Assembly (NCBI GenBank): GCA_964430135.1
Contig: CAYSEG010000001.1
Span: 5,959 to 59,802, forward strand
From: an uncultured Candidatus Saccharibacteria bacterium
GTDB lineage: Bacteria; Patescibacteriota; Minisyncoccia; JAHIHE01; DAOWLE01
Length of the DNA: 53,844 nucleotides
Reading direction: 5' to 3'
The notes under the pieces were generated by a model, which was not told the origin of the DNA, searched no databases, and saw only the letters and a program-made list of their open reading frames with translations. Made by a program: the position numbers and the translations under genes. Positions 24,616 through 33,663 of this stretch are shown piece by piece. Numbering within the stretch: position 1 is the first letter of the stretch; each line of letters begins with the position of its first letter.

Positions 24616-24628
24616 TTGTTAAAGAACA
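24616..24628 (-). promoter_or_regulatory. boxA-like antitermination element in the rrn leader
   Basis: Minus strand TGTTCTTTAACAA, against the E. coli rrn boxA TGCTCTTTAACAA. Located just downstream of the predicted promoter. Confidence 0.55.
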
Positions 24629-24645
24629 AATTTTAACTTTATTAA

Positions 24646-24673
24646 ATAATAGCGCTATTAAAATAGATGTCAA
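24646..24673 (-). promoter_or_regulatory. sigma70-like promoter of the 16S gene
   Basis: Minus strand TTGACA (24668-24673), 16 nt, TATTAT (24646-24651). Confidence 0.5.
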
Positions 24674-24720
24674 GGGCATAGTTTAATTTTTAATTTTCAA
24701 TTCTCAAATTGACACTTTGG

Positions 24721-24780
24721 CGTCATCTTGAATAAAATAAAGGATCCCGTAGAATATCCGCGAGATTCTTTGGTCGAGGC
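24721..24780. repeat. REP-like element (gtcatcctgaacgc family), second copy
   Basis: cgtcatcttgaataaaataaaggatcccgtagaatatccgcgagattctttgg. Collinear with 16747-16835 but without the core hairpin. Confidence 0.55.
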
Positions 24781-24898
24781 TAAAACCCTTTCCTTAAAAC
24801 TACACCCTAATTGAAAATTCATTGAAAAATTGAAAATTTGAAGCTTGCAACAAATTGTTAAAAATTTAATGCTTAAAATTTAATCTATTAATAAAACT

Positions 24899-25636
24899 TT
24901 ACTTCATATGCTTATTCCGCCACTCTTCAATCTTTTTATGGTTTCCAGAAAGCAAAACTTTCGGCACTCGCCAGTCTTTAAAAACTGCTGGCCTTGTATA
25001 CTGCGGATACTCTCTGCTAATTTTGAATTTTGTCCCTTGAGGGAGAATTTTGAAATCACTTTTTACTCTCTCTTTTCTTATGGAAAAACTTTCCTCCTTT
25101 AAGGAATCTTCGGCAATTACCCCAGGAACTAATCTTGCAACTACATCTACTATTATCATAGCTGGTAATTCTCCTCCTGTCAAGACATAATCACCAATTG
25201 AAATTTCCTCATCAGCAATATATTTTGCTACTCGCTCATCTACCCCTTCATATCTTCCGCAAATTAAAACTATTTGATCCAACTTTGAAAACTTCCGCGC
25301 CATTTTTTGGTCAAACTTTTTCCCTTTAGCCGATAATAAAATTACTCTTGTTTGACGAAGACGAGACTTTTGCTTGCCCGCCGAAGTCCTCTTAGGAACG
25401 AAGGCAGAACTTTTGACTCGCCGCGTAGCGGCATATATCGGCTCAACTTTCAAAACCATCCCCGCTCCTCCGCCGTAAGGAGTATCGTCAACCGTTTTAT
25501 GTTTATCAGTCGTATAATCACGCAAATTATGGATATTAATCTTGACTATCTTTTTTTCTTGGGCACGTTTAATGATACTTTCTGAAAAATAGCTTTCAAA
25601 TATCTTAGGGAAAATAGTTATAATATCAAATTGCAT
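24899..25636 (-). CDS. trmD: tRNA (guanine37-N1)-methyltransferase
   Basis: [50 protein letters not shown]. Has basic insertions relative to E. coli TrmD. Confidence 0.9.
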   Translation of the reverse strand: MQFDIITIFPKIFESYFSESIIKRAQEKKIVKINIHNLRDYTTDKHKTVDDTPYGGGAGMVLKVEPIYAATRRVKSSAFVPKRTSAGKQKSRLRQTRVILLSAKGKKFDQKMARKFSKLDQIVLICGRYEGVDERVAKYIADEEISIGDYVLTGGELPAMIIVDVVARLVPGVIAEDSLKEESFSIRKERVKSDFKILPQGTKFKISREYPQYTRPAVFKDWRVPKVLLSGNHKKIEEWRNKHMK

Positions 25637-25647
25637 ATTAATAAACT

Positions 25648-25795
25648 GTCATTACGAGCAGGGAAAATGAAGCGGCAACGAAGCAATCCCGTAAATGCCA
25701 GAATAACCCTTACTGAAAGGTTTACCATTTTTCTATGGGATTGCTTCGTTGTTTATCTCGCCCTTTACAGGATTCCATTCGCTCATCGCAATGAC
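25648..25795. repeat. 148-nt imperfect palindrome (gtcattacgagc...gctcatcgcaatgac)
   Basis: Outer arms gtcattacgagc/gctcatcgcaatgac and inner arms caacgaagcaatccc/gggattgcttcgttg. Lies between trmD and the KH gene. Confidence 0.7.
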
Positions 25796-25878
25796 CACCT
25801 ACTATACCAAAAACCGCCTACCAATAAATAACAGATAGCGCGGCTTTTGTAATAATGTAAACTAACTAACAGAATAGT

Positions 25879-26211
25879 TTACAGTTTTAAATCGTTAACT
25901 ACATCCTCAACTTTCTTAGATGCGTTTTCTTTGGCTTCGCCAGTATTCCTTTCTGGGGAACGACCTCCTTCTGGTTCAAGAATCTTCAGATTCACTCGAG
26001 CGTTATTCTTGGAACCAATTACCCGGAGAAGCGTCCGAAGCGAGGAAACTGTTGAACCATTGTGTCCAATAACTTGGCCCATATCTTCAGGATTAACTTT
26101 TAAAGAAATAAGCACTCCTCTTTCATCAATCGTACGCTCAGATTTAACATCGTTGGGATGGTCAACAATTGCCTTAATTACGTATTCAGCAAACTCTTGA
26201 TCTTTCTCCAT
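25879..26211 (-). CDS. KH-domain RNA-binding protein (YlqC/UPF0109-like) with a C-terminal extension
   Basis: The block VIGHNGSTVSSLRTLLRVIG resembles the KH GXXG region. AAGGAG SD. Lies between rpsP and trmD. Confidence 0.8.
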   Translation of the reverse strand: MEKDQEFAEYVIKAIVDHPNDVKSERTIDERGVLISLKVNPEDMGQVIGHNGSTVSSLRTLLRVIGSKNNARVNLKILEPEGGRSPERNTGEAKENASKKVEDVVNDLKL

Positions 26212-26358
26212 TTTAGTTGCTCCTTATCTATTCTTAAATTTGTAAAATAATCCGCTCAGTAATTTTATTTCTGAGGGAATGAAAACAGCAGTTCAGTCGA
26301 CCTTTCAATAATTCAGATACCGCTATTATTTACAAGTATATATTATTAAAAAAGTTTG

Positions 26359-26805
26359 TCAAGAGTTTATTTTTTCTTGTACTTCCTCTGTTTTTTTAGT
26401 TTCTTCTTCAACTTTTGGCTTATCTTTTTCCTCTTCTGACTTTTCCGCTCCTGCCGAAGATACAGATTCTTTATCTTCAGCAGATTCTGTTTTTTTATCT
26501 TCCCGTTTCTCCTCTTTACCTTCTTTTTCTTCTTTCTTTCTCGGCTTTACTTTAATTCTAATTTTCTTTCCTTTAATAATCCCGGCAGAAATTAACATAT
26601 TATGAACTGTGTCAGACAGTTTTGCGCCATTTGAAATCCAATACAAAATCCTCTCCTTTTTAAACGACTTTTCTTTGGTATGCGGATCAAAAAACCCCAA
26701 AACTTCAATAAATTTTCCTTTGACCGCGCGAGCCCCCTCAGCAACAACTATTCTAAATTGACTTTTGTTCCTTTTACCTGTCCGGGTTAAACGTATTTTT
26801 AACAT
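26359..26805 (-). CDS. rpsP: 30S ribosomal protein S16 with a long K/E-rich tail
   Basis: MLKIRLTRTGKRNKSQFRIVVAEGARAVKGKFIEVLGFFDP, followed by a ~60-aa low-complexity tail. Confidence 0.9.
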   Translation of the reverse strand: MLKIRLTRTGKRNKSQFRIVVAEGARAVKGKFIEVLGFFDPHTKEKSFKKERILYWISNGAKLSDTVHNMLISAGIIKGKKIRIKVKPRKKEEKEGKEEKREDKKTESAEDKESVSSAGAEKSEEEKDKPKVEEETKKTEEVQEKINS

Positions 26806-26833
26806 AATTTTTATTTAAGTTAACTATGATTGT

Positions 26834-26862
26834 ATAATATAGGTATATTTAGATAGTGTCAA
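26834..26862 (-). promoter_or_regulatory. sigma70-like promoter of rpsP
   Basis: Minus strand TTGACA (26857-26862), 17 nt, TATTAT (26834-26839). Confidence 0.55.
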
Positions 26863-26873
26863 GATAACAAATA

Positions 26874-26954
26874 TCAAAATGCAAAATGACAATGTAAAGT
26901 GATCCCTTGCGAGGTCAACCCCTTGGAGGAGTCAACTTCCTTCTTGGGGGTCAA
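26874..26954. repeat. AT-rich arm plus three tandem ~17-nt units
   Basis: tcaaaatgcaaaatgacaatgtaaagtg is the inverted copy of the 16S-insert 40-mer core. It is followed by gatcccttgcgaggtcaa / ccccttggaggagtcaa / cttccttcttgggggtcaa. A single unit occurs at 38099-38118. Confidence 0.65.
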
Positions 26955-27024
26955 TTTCAATTTTTGCATTTTGCATTTTGCATTAAATCCTCTAAACAAC
27001 AATCTTCATTTTCTTCTCACAACA

Positions 27025-29295
27025 TCATTCTTTATCATCTAATTTTACTGACACCAATTTTGATACCCCATCTTCTCCCATAGTTACCCCGTAAAGAGTG
27101 TTCGCTTGCTGCATAATCTGCCGGTTATGGGTAATTAAAATAAACTGGGTAACGGGAGCAAGTTCCTTCAAAATTTTCCCAAGTTTTTGGGAATTAGCTT
27201 CGTCTAAAGCAGCATCTATTTCATCTAAAATTGAAAACGGCGGAGGATTATTGCTAATAATAGCAAATAGAATAGCAACAGAAATTAAAGCTCTTTCTCC
27301 TCCTGAAAACATAGCGATCCCTTTGATTCTTTTGTCCGGCAGGCTTACTTTTATTTCAATTCCCTTGCTAGAAAAACTGTTTGTAATTTCCGAATTTATA
27401 AATCTAGAATCATGGATATCCTCAGAATTTTCAATTTTTTCTTTTTTTGTCGAAGAATAATTCGGAACCGTCCCTGATGGAGCTTGAATTTTTAACTCAG
27501 CATGACCTCCACCGAATATCAGCCGAAAATATCTGTTAAAATCTTTATTGATATTTTTAAAAGACGCCTGAAATTGACTTTCTATTTTTTTCCTAAGCCA
27601 AGTTATTGTTTTTATAAGAGAAGCTTCGGCTTTTCTTAAATCCTCGAACTGACCGCTTAAAAAATTATAGCGTTCTTCGGTCTCGCTACACTCATCTAAA
27701 ACATTAGGATCAATTCCTCCAATTTGAGCTAACTGACCTTTCATTTTTTCAATTTGGTTTTTTATTTCCTCTTCGTCAATTTGCTCTTTCGGCTTTTGAA
27801 GCTCAGATCCACAAGAGCCTAACTCACTTTCTATTTCGCGAGTTAAATCTTCCAATCGCGTCTCAATTCTTGCCTCTTCAATCTCAATGGTTCTTCTGGC
27901 ATCTTTTTTTTTGTTGATTTCTTCAAGCGCCCTCCTTAACTGATCTTGAAAAATAAAAAATTCTTTAGATCTCGTTTGATTTTTTCTAAAATCCTCCTCA
28001 ATATCAGCTCTTGCCTTAGAAATTAATTTTTCAAATTTTTGAAGTTGTTTCTTAATTTTTTCCCTGTCTTCTTGAAATTTCTGAATTATCGCTTTATTTT
28101 TTTCTTTCAGCTTTGACGAAGAAATTTTATCGGAATTGCCGGCGCAACCAGATTTAACTTGGTTTAGAATCTGATCTAATTTTTTTCCTAAATTTTCAAA
28201 ATGTTTTTCAATGTTGGAAAAATCATTCTTCTTTTCTGCTTCACTCCATCCTTTTTTTATTATTTTATAAATTTTGGAAATTTCTTCCAATTCTTTATTA
28301 ATGTAAGAAAGGTCTACTGGAATTGTTTTTGAAAAATGGAATTCCTTCTCTTGTTCTGTCTGGAGACGGCCTTCTATTATGGCTAATTCTTTCTGCAGTT
28401 CATTTCTTTTATTTTGGAAAACTGATAATTTCTCGGTTAATTTTTTTTGAACTTCTGTGCGGGTTTGATTCGTTATCTCTGCGCTATTTAGTTTCCTTTT
28501 AATCTCTTCTATCCTATCTTGAACTGCAAAAATTCGCTTGTCTAAATTCTCTTTTTCTTTCTTAAGCTGATAGAGAGCGCTTTTTAATTTAAAAACAGAA
28601 TGAGAGTACCATTTTCTTTGAAGTTCGGTTAATCTTTTTTCTATCTCCCCGCGGCGCCTTGCTTTGTTTGCCAAACGCCTAAGCGATCTAAGACGAGGGG
28701 CAATTTCATTAAGCAAGTCTGACACTCGCGTTAAATTCCGCTGGCTTGCCTCAAGGCGGCGAAAAGTCTCGCGAGCTTTAAGCTGATATTGTTTCACTCC
28801 GGTCGCTTGATCAAATATATCCTTCCTCTCCTGGGGCGATGAGGAAAGAATATTGTCAATCATTCCCTGGCTAATTACTGAATACCCCCTTTGGCTCACA
28901 CCCGAAGCGGCTAAAAGCTCAACAATATCAGCAAGCCTGACCTTTTTATTGTTAATCAAATATTCGCCTTCACCATTTCTATAGGCGCGGCGAGAAATAA
29001 CCGTTTCTTCAAAATCTATAGGAATACGGCCTTCGCTGTTGTCTAAATACAAAGAAACTGACGCTCCGCCTTGACGGGACTTTTTTGCCGAACCGGCAAA
29101 AATAACATCCTCGGATCTTTTTATTCTAATAAGTTTTGGGCTTTGTTCTCCTAATGCCCAGCGGACAGCGTCTGCTATGTTTGATTTTCCAGAGCCGTTT
29201 GGACCAACGATAGCAGTAATGCTCCGGTCAAATTCTAAAACAGTCTTGTGGGCAAAAGACTTAAAGCCGGAAATTTCAAGTCGTTTTAAATACAT
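27025..29295 (-). CDS. smc: SMC-family chromosome segregation ATPase, short with no recognisable hinge
   Basis: N-terminus MYLKRLEISGFKSFAHKT...GPNGSGKSN. C-terminus FSGGERALISVAILFAI...LDEIDAALD...ITHN. Only 756 aa, with a continuous coiled-coil-like middle. Confidence 0.85.
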   Translation of the reverse strand: MYLKRLEISGFKSFAHKTVLEFDRSITAIVGPNGSGKSNIADAVRWALGEQSPKLIRIKRSEDVIFAGSAKKSRQGGASVSLYLDNSEGRIPIDFEETVISRRAYRNGEGEYLINNKKVRLADIVELLAASGVSQRGYSVISQGMIDNILSSSPQERKDIFDQATGVKQYQLKARETFRRLEASQRNLTRVSDLLNEIAPRLRSLRRLANKARRRGEIEKRLTELQRKWYSHSVFKLKSALYQLKKEKENLDKRIFAVQDRIEEIKRKLNSAEITNQTRTEVQKKLTEKLSVFQNKRNELQKELAIIEGRLQTEQEKEFHFSKTIPVDLSYINKELEEISKIYKIIKKGWSEAEKKNDFSNIEKHFENLGKKLDQILNQVKSGCAGNSDKISSSKLKEKNKAIIQKFQEDREKIKKQLQKFEKLISKARADIEEDFRKNQTRSKEFFIFQDQLRRALEEINKKKDARRTIEIEEARIETRLEDLTREIESELGSCGSELQKPKEQIDEEEIKNQIEKMKGQLAQIGGIDPNVLDECSETEERYNFLSGQFEDLRKAEASLIKTITWLRKKIESQFQASFKNINKDFNRYFRLIFGGGHAELKIQAPSGTVPNYSSTKKEKIENSEDIHDSRFINSEITNSFSSKGIEIKVSLPDKRIKGIAMFSGGERALISVAILFAIISNNPPPFSILDEIDAALDEANSQKLGKILKELAPVTQFILITHNRQIMQQANTLYGVTMGEDGVSKLVSVKLDDKE

Positions 29296-29318
29296 AAAGA
29301 AATTAAATTATTCCAAAC

Positions 29319-29434
29319 GGACTGACACGCGTAGCGGAGCGGAGTGTGTTATTCGTTTGCTTTGCTACGATAACAAACTTCCTTTCATTACATTTGTCAT
29401 TCCGTAATTTATATGCATTGCGTTTGTCATTCCG
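29319..29434. repeat. REP-like inverted pair of the 35-nt X unit, plus an extra half-copy
   Basis: ggactgacacgcgtagcggagcggagtgtgttatt ... gataacaaacttcctttcattacatttgtcattccg ... gcgtttgtcattccg. Same units as 2549-2630 but in the opposite relative order. Confidence 0.7.
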
Positions 29435-29494
29435 ATTTTCTTTCAACCTCTTTATATTATCATTTTTATAAATTTTGAACAAGATAAAAAAAAT

Positions 29495-29528
29495 AGAAGG
29501 AAAACGATCCCTTGAATCTTTTCCTTCT
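29495..29528 (-). terminator. hairpin + T-run terminator after the TFB-like gene
   Basis: agaaggaaaa-N14-ttttccttct with T-runs on both strands. Confidence 0.6.
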
Positions 29529-29531
29529 TTT

Positions 29532-30530
29532 TTATTTTTTGTCCAGAATATTATTATTCTTTGGCCTACCTGCATAACTGGAAACGTTTAAATCTATCCC
29601 AAGATTTAATCCCTCTGACAACTCTTTAAATCTGCCTCGTATAGTAGGCTCAGTTGTATCCGCAACTTCAGCTATTTCTTTTTGTGTCCGATGTCTCCCA
29701 TTAAAAATCGCCGAGATATAAATAGCCGCGGCTGCTATTCCTTTGGGGTCTTGACTTTTAACCAACAGCCCTTTCTTTATCGCCAAGCTTATTATTTGTA
29801 TTGCCTCTGCGCTTATCTTTCCTTCTAAGCCAAGCTCCGAACAAAAACGAGGCACATAACTGACGGCGGGCGCAGGCGGAACTTTCAGGTTAAGTTCTTT
29901 TGAAAGAAAATGAACTCTCCGAAGAATTTCTTTCTGGCTGGCCGCTCTTGATACTTCTGTGATTTCCTTAAGCATTAATGGTATTCCACGTTGTCTACAG
30001 ATAATATGTAAAAGCGCGGCGACTATTGATTCCACCCTTTTACCCTTAATCAAATTTTTTTTCATTGCTCTGCGGTATAATCCAGCTATTTCCTCTCTAA
30101 TATCCATCGGCAATCCAAGCAGACAAGACATCCGGTCTATCTCCGAAAGAGCATAATCAAAACTTGTATTTTGAATCCATTTACTGCCTGTTCGCCGCTG
30201 AGCATTTTTTAATCTATCTTCGAGGAAAAAAGAGCTTTTCCAAAGAGAAAATGTTTTTAATCCTAAATTACTCATTCTCAAAGTCGTTGGCGGCCCAACT
30301 CTTACCTTCTTTAATTTTTGTTTAGAATCAAAAGCCCGCCATTCAGGACCAAGGTCAATTACTTGTTCGTCTATTACTAATCCGCAATCAGCGCAGAAAA
30401 GACCATCGCCATTATTTACTAAATTAGAACTATTGCACTCAGGGCATTTTCGGGGCTTTGATATAAGCCTACCATCAACATCCTGGACAACTCTCTTCTT
30501 CCCATTTCCTTTATTCATTGTTTTGACCAT
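29532..30530 (-). CDS. transcription initiation factor IIB (archaeal TFB)-like protein
   Basis: Zn-ribbon CPECNSSNL...CADCG. B-linker block VIDLGPEWRAFD...VRVGPP. Two cyclin-fold repeats, and the HTH-like block RTQKEIAEVADTTEPTIRGRFKEL. ATG at 30530 is preceded by AAGGTGAT. Confidence 0.85.
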   Translation of the reverse strand: MVKTMNKGNGKKRVVQDVDGRLISKPRKCPECNSSNLVNNGDGLFCADCGLVIDEQVIDLGPEWRAFDSKQKLKKVRVGPPTTLRMSNLGLKTFSLWKSSFFLEDRLKNAQRRTGSKWIQNTSFDYALSEIDRMSCLLGLPMDIREEIAGLYRRAMKKNLIKGKRVESIVAALLHIICRQRGIPLMLKEITEVSRAASQKEILRRVHFLSKELNLKVPPAPAVSYVPRFCSELGLEGKISAEAIQIISLAIKKGLLVKSQDPKGIAAAAIYISAIFNGRHRTQKEIAEVADTTEPTIRGRFKELSEGLNLGIDLNVSSYAGRPKNNNILDKK

Positions 30531-30576
30531 TTTTATCACCTTATTGGAAAGAACAATTCATCCAAAATCTATTTAA

Positions 30577-30605
30577 AAGATAGATGAGAACTGATTTTAT
30601 GTCAA
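30577..30605 (-). promoter_or_regulatory. sigma70-like promoter of the TFB-like gene
   Basis: Minus strand TTGACA (30600-30605), 17 nt, TATCTT (30577-30582). Confidence 0.5.
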
Positions 30606-30642
30606 CCCCGTTAGTTTAACAGAACCAAGCTTCAATAAAAAA

Positions 30643-30674
30643 GTCTTACAGAAAAAATTCTATTTCTGTAAGAC
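30643..30674 (-). terminator. hairpin + T-run terminator after the DUF92 gene
   Basis: gtcttacagaaa-N8-tttctgtaagac, followed on the minus strand by ttttttatt. Confidence 0.6.
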
Positions 30675-30712
30675 TATCTTTTAATTTTTGTTTTGCCGGC
30701 AACAGCACTGAA

Positions 30713-31417
30713 TCAAAAAAGAAAAATACTCGCTATCATTGCTATAAATCCCCCTAATAAGGTCGTTATTAGATTAATCTCATGGGTATTAATTTTTTTC
30801 TTTTGCTCAAGAGTGCTTCCTAATAAGGAATCTGCCATGCAGCCAGCAAAACCCGACAAAAGACAAACTGCAAATATCCCCGTCCCGTATCCATAGAAAA
30901 TCAAAAGCGCGCTGATTATCGTCGAACCAAACAAAGCAAATAAAAATCCTTCTTTAGTTACTGCTCCGGCAGTGCCAACTGAAACTCTCTTCAAATTGTG
31001 TATAAATCTCGGATGCTTTCCCCAAACTTGTCCCATTTCTGTCGCTGAAGTATCAGCCATCGCTGTAGCTATAGCGCCAATCGATCCAATAAAAAATATA
31101 GAATCGCCGGTACAAATATAAGATAAAGCAAATATCATTGCCGCACCGCCATTAGCTCCTATATTTTTCCATGTCCGAATAGATTGTTCCACGCCTAATC
31201 GATTCTTCTTTTGTCTTTTATAATACGTCTCAAGACTCCCCCCGACGAAAAATATAAACGGCGCAATTATCCACTTACTACCCCCTGCAACCAGAAAAAT
31301 AACTCCAATCATCACTGTTGCCACTGTCGCTGTTCTGTCAATTTTTTCTTTCTTGTAGGCGTAATATAATATTCCGCCTATCAACGCTACAAGCATTCCC
31401 GTCAAAACAATTTCCAT
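30713..31417 (-). CDS. DUF92 (TIGR00297-like) integral membrane protein
   Basis: 234-aa polytopic protein with Gly-rich blocks (VSVGTAGAVTKEG, GANGGAAM) resembling the DUF92/TMEM19 family. Confidence 0.6.
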   Translation of the reverse strand: MEIVLTGMLVALIGGILYYAYKKEKIDRTATVATVMIGVIFLVAGGSKWIIAPFIFFVGGSLETYYKRQKKNRLGVEQSIRTWKNIGANGGAAMIFALSYICTGDSIFFIGSIGAIATAMADTSATEMGQVWGKHPRFIHNLKRVSVGTAGAVTKEGFLFALFGSTIISALLIFYGYGTGIFAVCLLSGFAGCMADSLLGSTLEQKKKINTHEINLITTLLGGFIAMIASIFLF

Positions 31418-31672
31418 TTTTTTCTTTTCACCTCCATTTATTTTTTATTTTATAGAGAACAAATCCCTCCCGTACTTACTATACTTACTTACCAGTCAGT
31501 AAGTATTTTACTAACAGTTTATAATTTCTTAAAATTCTGTCAAGGGTTGAATTGTGGATAAGTTCTCATTCTGATCGTCTAATAAAAAACTGACTTTACA
31601 AATATCTAGTCAGCATTGTATTTATCCGGCGTATTCCTTAAATAATGCGCTGAGTATATTTTAACGCCCAAA

Positions 31673-32359
31673 CTACCATCCTTTATTTTTCAAAGCATCC
31701 GCTGCTGCCTGACGTTGAGCTTCCTGTTTGCTTGGGCCCTTGCCCTTTCCAACAATCTTTTTTTCCAAATAGACTCCAACAACAAAATGTTTATCGTGAT
31801 CCGGACCCCATTCTTTTAAAACTTCATAAGTGGGAGTAATGCCCATTTTCCCTTGAGCTTTTTCTTGAAATTGACTTTTTGGATCTTGGTAAAGTTTTTC
31901 TTTTAATATTCTGTCAAGTTCGCCTAATAAATTTTTCTTAATAAAACTTTGAGAAGCGGCATAACCCTGATCAAGATAAATGGCTCCAATAACGGCCTCA
32001 AAAGTATTAGCTAAAATATATTGGCGAGCTCGGCCATTATCCTTAGCTTCTCCTCGACTCATAAAAAGAAATTGATCCAAGGCGAGACCGGCAGCAACCT
32101 TAGAAAGCATCTCGCTGTTAACTAAAGCGGCTCTAAAATTAGTCAGTTCCCCTTCCGGATTGGGGTAATTTTTATAAAGGTATTCAGTGGTGACTAACTC
32201 AAGCACAGCATCACCCAAAAATTCCAGCCTTTCATTGTGGCCAAGTCTAAAATTTGGATGTTCATTAAGATATGAACGATGGATCATTGCCTGATGCAAC
32301 AAATCAATATCATTAAATTTTATATTTATCTTTTTCTCTAATTCGCCGAGATTTTTCAT
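31673..32359 (-). CDS. rnc: ribonuclease III
   Basis: Signature HNERLEFLGDAVLEL and a C-terminal dsRBD (GPDHDKHFVV...GKGPSKQEAQRQAA). Confidence 0.9.
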   Translation of the reverse strand: MKNLGELEKKINIKFNDIDLLHQAMIHRSYLNEHPNFRLGHNERLEFLGDAVLELVTTEYLYKNYPNPEGELTNFRAALVNSEMLSKVAAGLALDQFLFMSRGEAKDNGRARQYILANTFEAVIGAIYLDQGYAASQSFIKKNLLGELDRILKEKLYQDPKSQFQEKAQGKMGITPTYEVLKEWGPDHDKHFVVGVYLEKKIVGKGKGPSKQEAQRQAAADALKNKGW

Positions 32360-32382
32360 GTTTCATTATTCTAAAAGTAATT

Positions 32383-32817
32383 TCATTTGTCCTTTTTGCC
32401 TGATATTTCGCGATAAATCGTCCCTAACACGCCATTGACAAATTTTCCGCTCGCTTCTCCGCCAAAAGCCTTAGCCAGTTCTATAGCTTCATTAATAGCC
32501 ACCTTCGGAGGAACCTGATCTCGATCTCCAAATTTAAGCTCATAAACCCCAATCCTAAGAATATTTCTATCAATAATTGTAATTTGTTCAATTGGCCATT
32601 CTGGAGCCGCTTTCTCGATAATCGAATCAATTTTTTCTAAATTTTTTACCACCCCTTCAGCTAACTCATAAACAAAAAGAGTTTTATTCAATCCAGGTCC
32701 AAATTCCTTAATACTATGTTCAATAATTTTACCTAACATAGCATTATTTTTGCCGTTAAAATCCCATTCGTAGAGACTTTGCATAGCGATTGAACGAGAT
32801 AGATGTCTACTAGACAT
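32383..32817 (-). CDS. nusB: transcription antitermination factor NusB
   Basis: 144 aa. [14 protein letters not shown] start and the [17 protein letters not shown] block. Confidence 0.9.
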   Translation of the reverse strand: MSSRHLSRSIAMQSLYEWDFNGKNNAMLGKIIEHSIKEFGPGLNKTLFVYELAEGVVKNLEKIDSIIEKAAPEWPIEQITIIDRNILRIGVYELKFGDRDQVPPKVAINEAIELAKAFGGEASGKFVNGVLGTIYREISGKKDK

Positions 32818-33137
32818 AATTAAAAGTGGAAAGCGAAAAGTGAAAAATTAAAAATTACGATTAAAAATGTAAAATTATTATTTATCTTTAGAATAAATTC
32901 AAACCGCAGTATCTAATGATTCTATACCTCTAAAATATTTACAAATTGAAATATTTTTAACCGCATCTGTACTTGTGGGTATTTTCTTTCTCGCCCCAAG
33001 AATATTTATCTTGTTTCAAGTGAATTTTATTAACGTCTGTTATTAAATCAATACCTATATTAATTCCTTTGAATCCCGGAAACTTTTCCCGGTTTTTAAT
33101 TCTACATTATTATTTTTCATTTTGATTTTTTAATTTT

Positions 33138-33440
33138 TCATTTTTTAGACAGCTCTTCCATACTTAACGGTTTCTTTCCCTCTTTCTTCCTCGCTATTGC
33201 CTCTTGTTTCTCTTTTGCCTGTTCTTCTTTCGCTCTTATTTTTTTCTCTCTTTTTGAAAGTTTTGCCAAAACATCAACTACCTCTCTTCCAGCATAAGTG
33301 CCGCAACTAGAACAATAGTGATGCGGCAAAACCGCTTTTCCGCATTTAGGACATTTTGAAAGATTTATTTTTTTTAAAGAAAAATTAGCCCGACGTTTAT
33401 CTCTTCTCGATTTTGTTTGTCTTTGTTTAGGAGTACCCAT
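33138..33440 (-). CDS. rpmF: 50S ribosomal protein L32 with a K/E-rich tail
   Basis: MGTPKQRQTKSRRDKRR...CPKCGKAVLPHHYCSSCGTYAGREV, followed by a ~40-aa charged extension. Confidence 0.85.
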   Translation of the reverse strand: MGTPKQRQTKSRRDKRRANFSLKKINLSKCPKCGKAVLPHHYCSSCGTYAGREVVDVLAKLSKREKKIRAKEEQAKEKQEAIARKKEGKKPLSMEELSKK

Positions 33441-33663
33441 AGAAATTAACTCAAAAGTAAAATGTCAAAAGTTAAAACTGATATAATTTTCAATTTTCAA
33501 CAACCAATTTTCAATGAATTTTCAATTAAATCTTAAATGGTTTGAAAACTGAAAATTGGAATTTGATTGAAAATTAAAAACTGTAAATTAAAAATTTTTA
33601 AACTTTATTTTTAATTTTAAGCTATTTAAAATATATCATATACCAAAAAAAATAGCAAGATCC

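Noticed and set aside
25631-25831. 66-aa ORF in the trmD-KH spacer, and antisense ORFs in trmD and the KH gene (24908-25102, 25352-25585, 25931-26200).
   Set aside because: The 66-aa ORF is a translation of the 148-nt palindrome. The others are antisense to conserved genes.
29177-29575. ORFs 29177-29407 and 29303-29575.
   Set aside because: They cover the smc 5' end on the antisense strand, the REP pair and the terminator. There is no coding signal.
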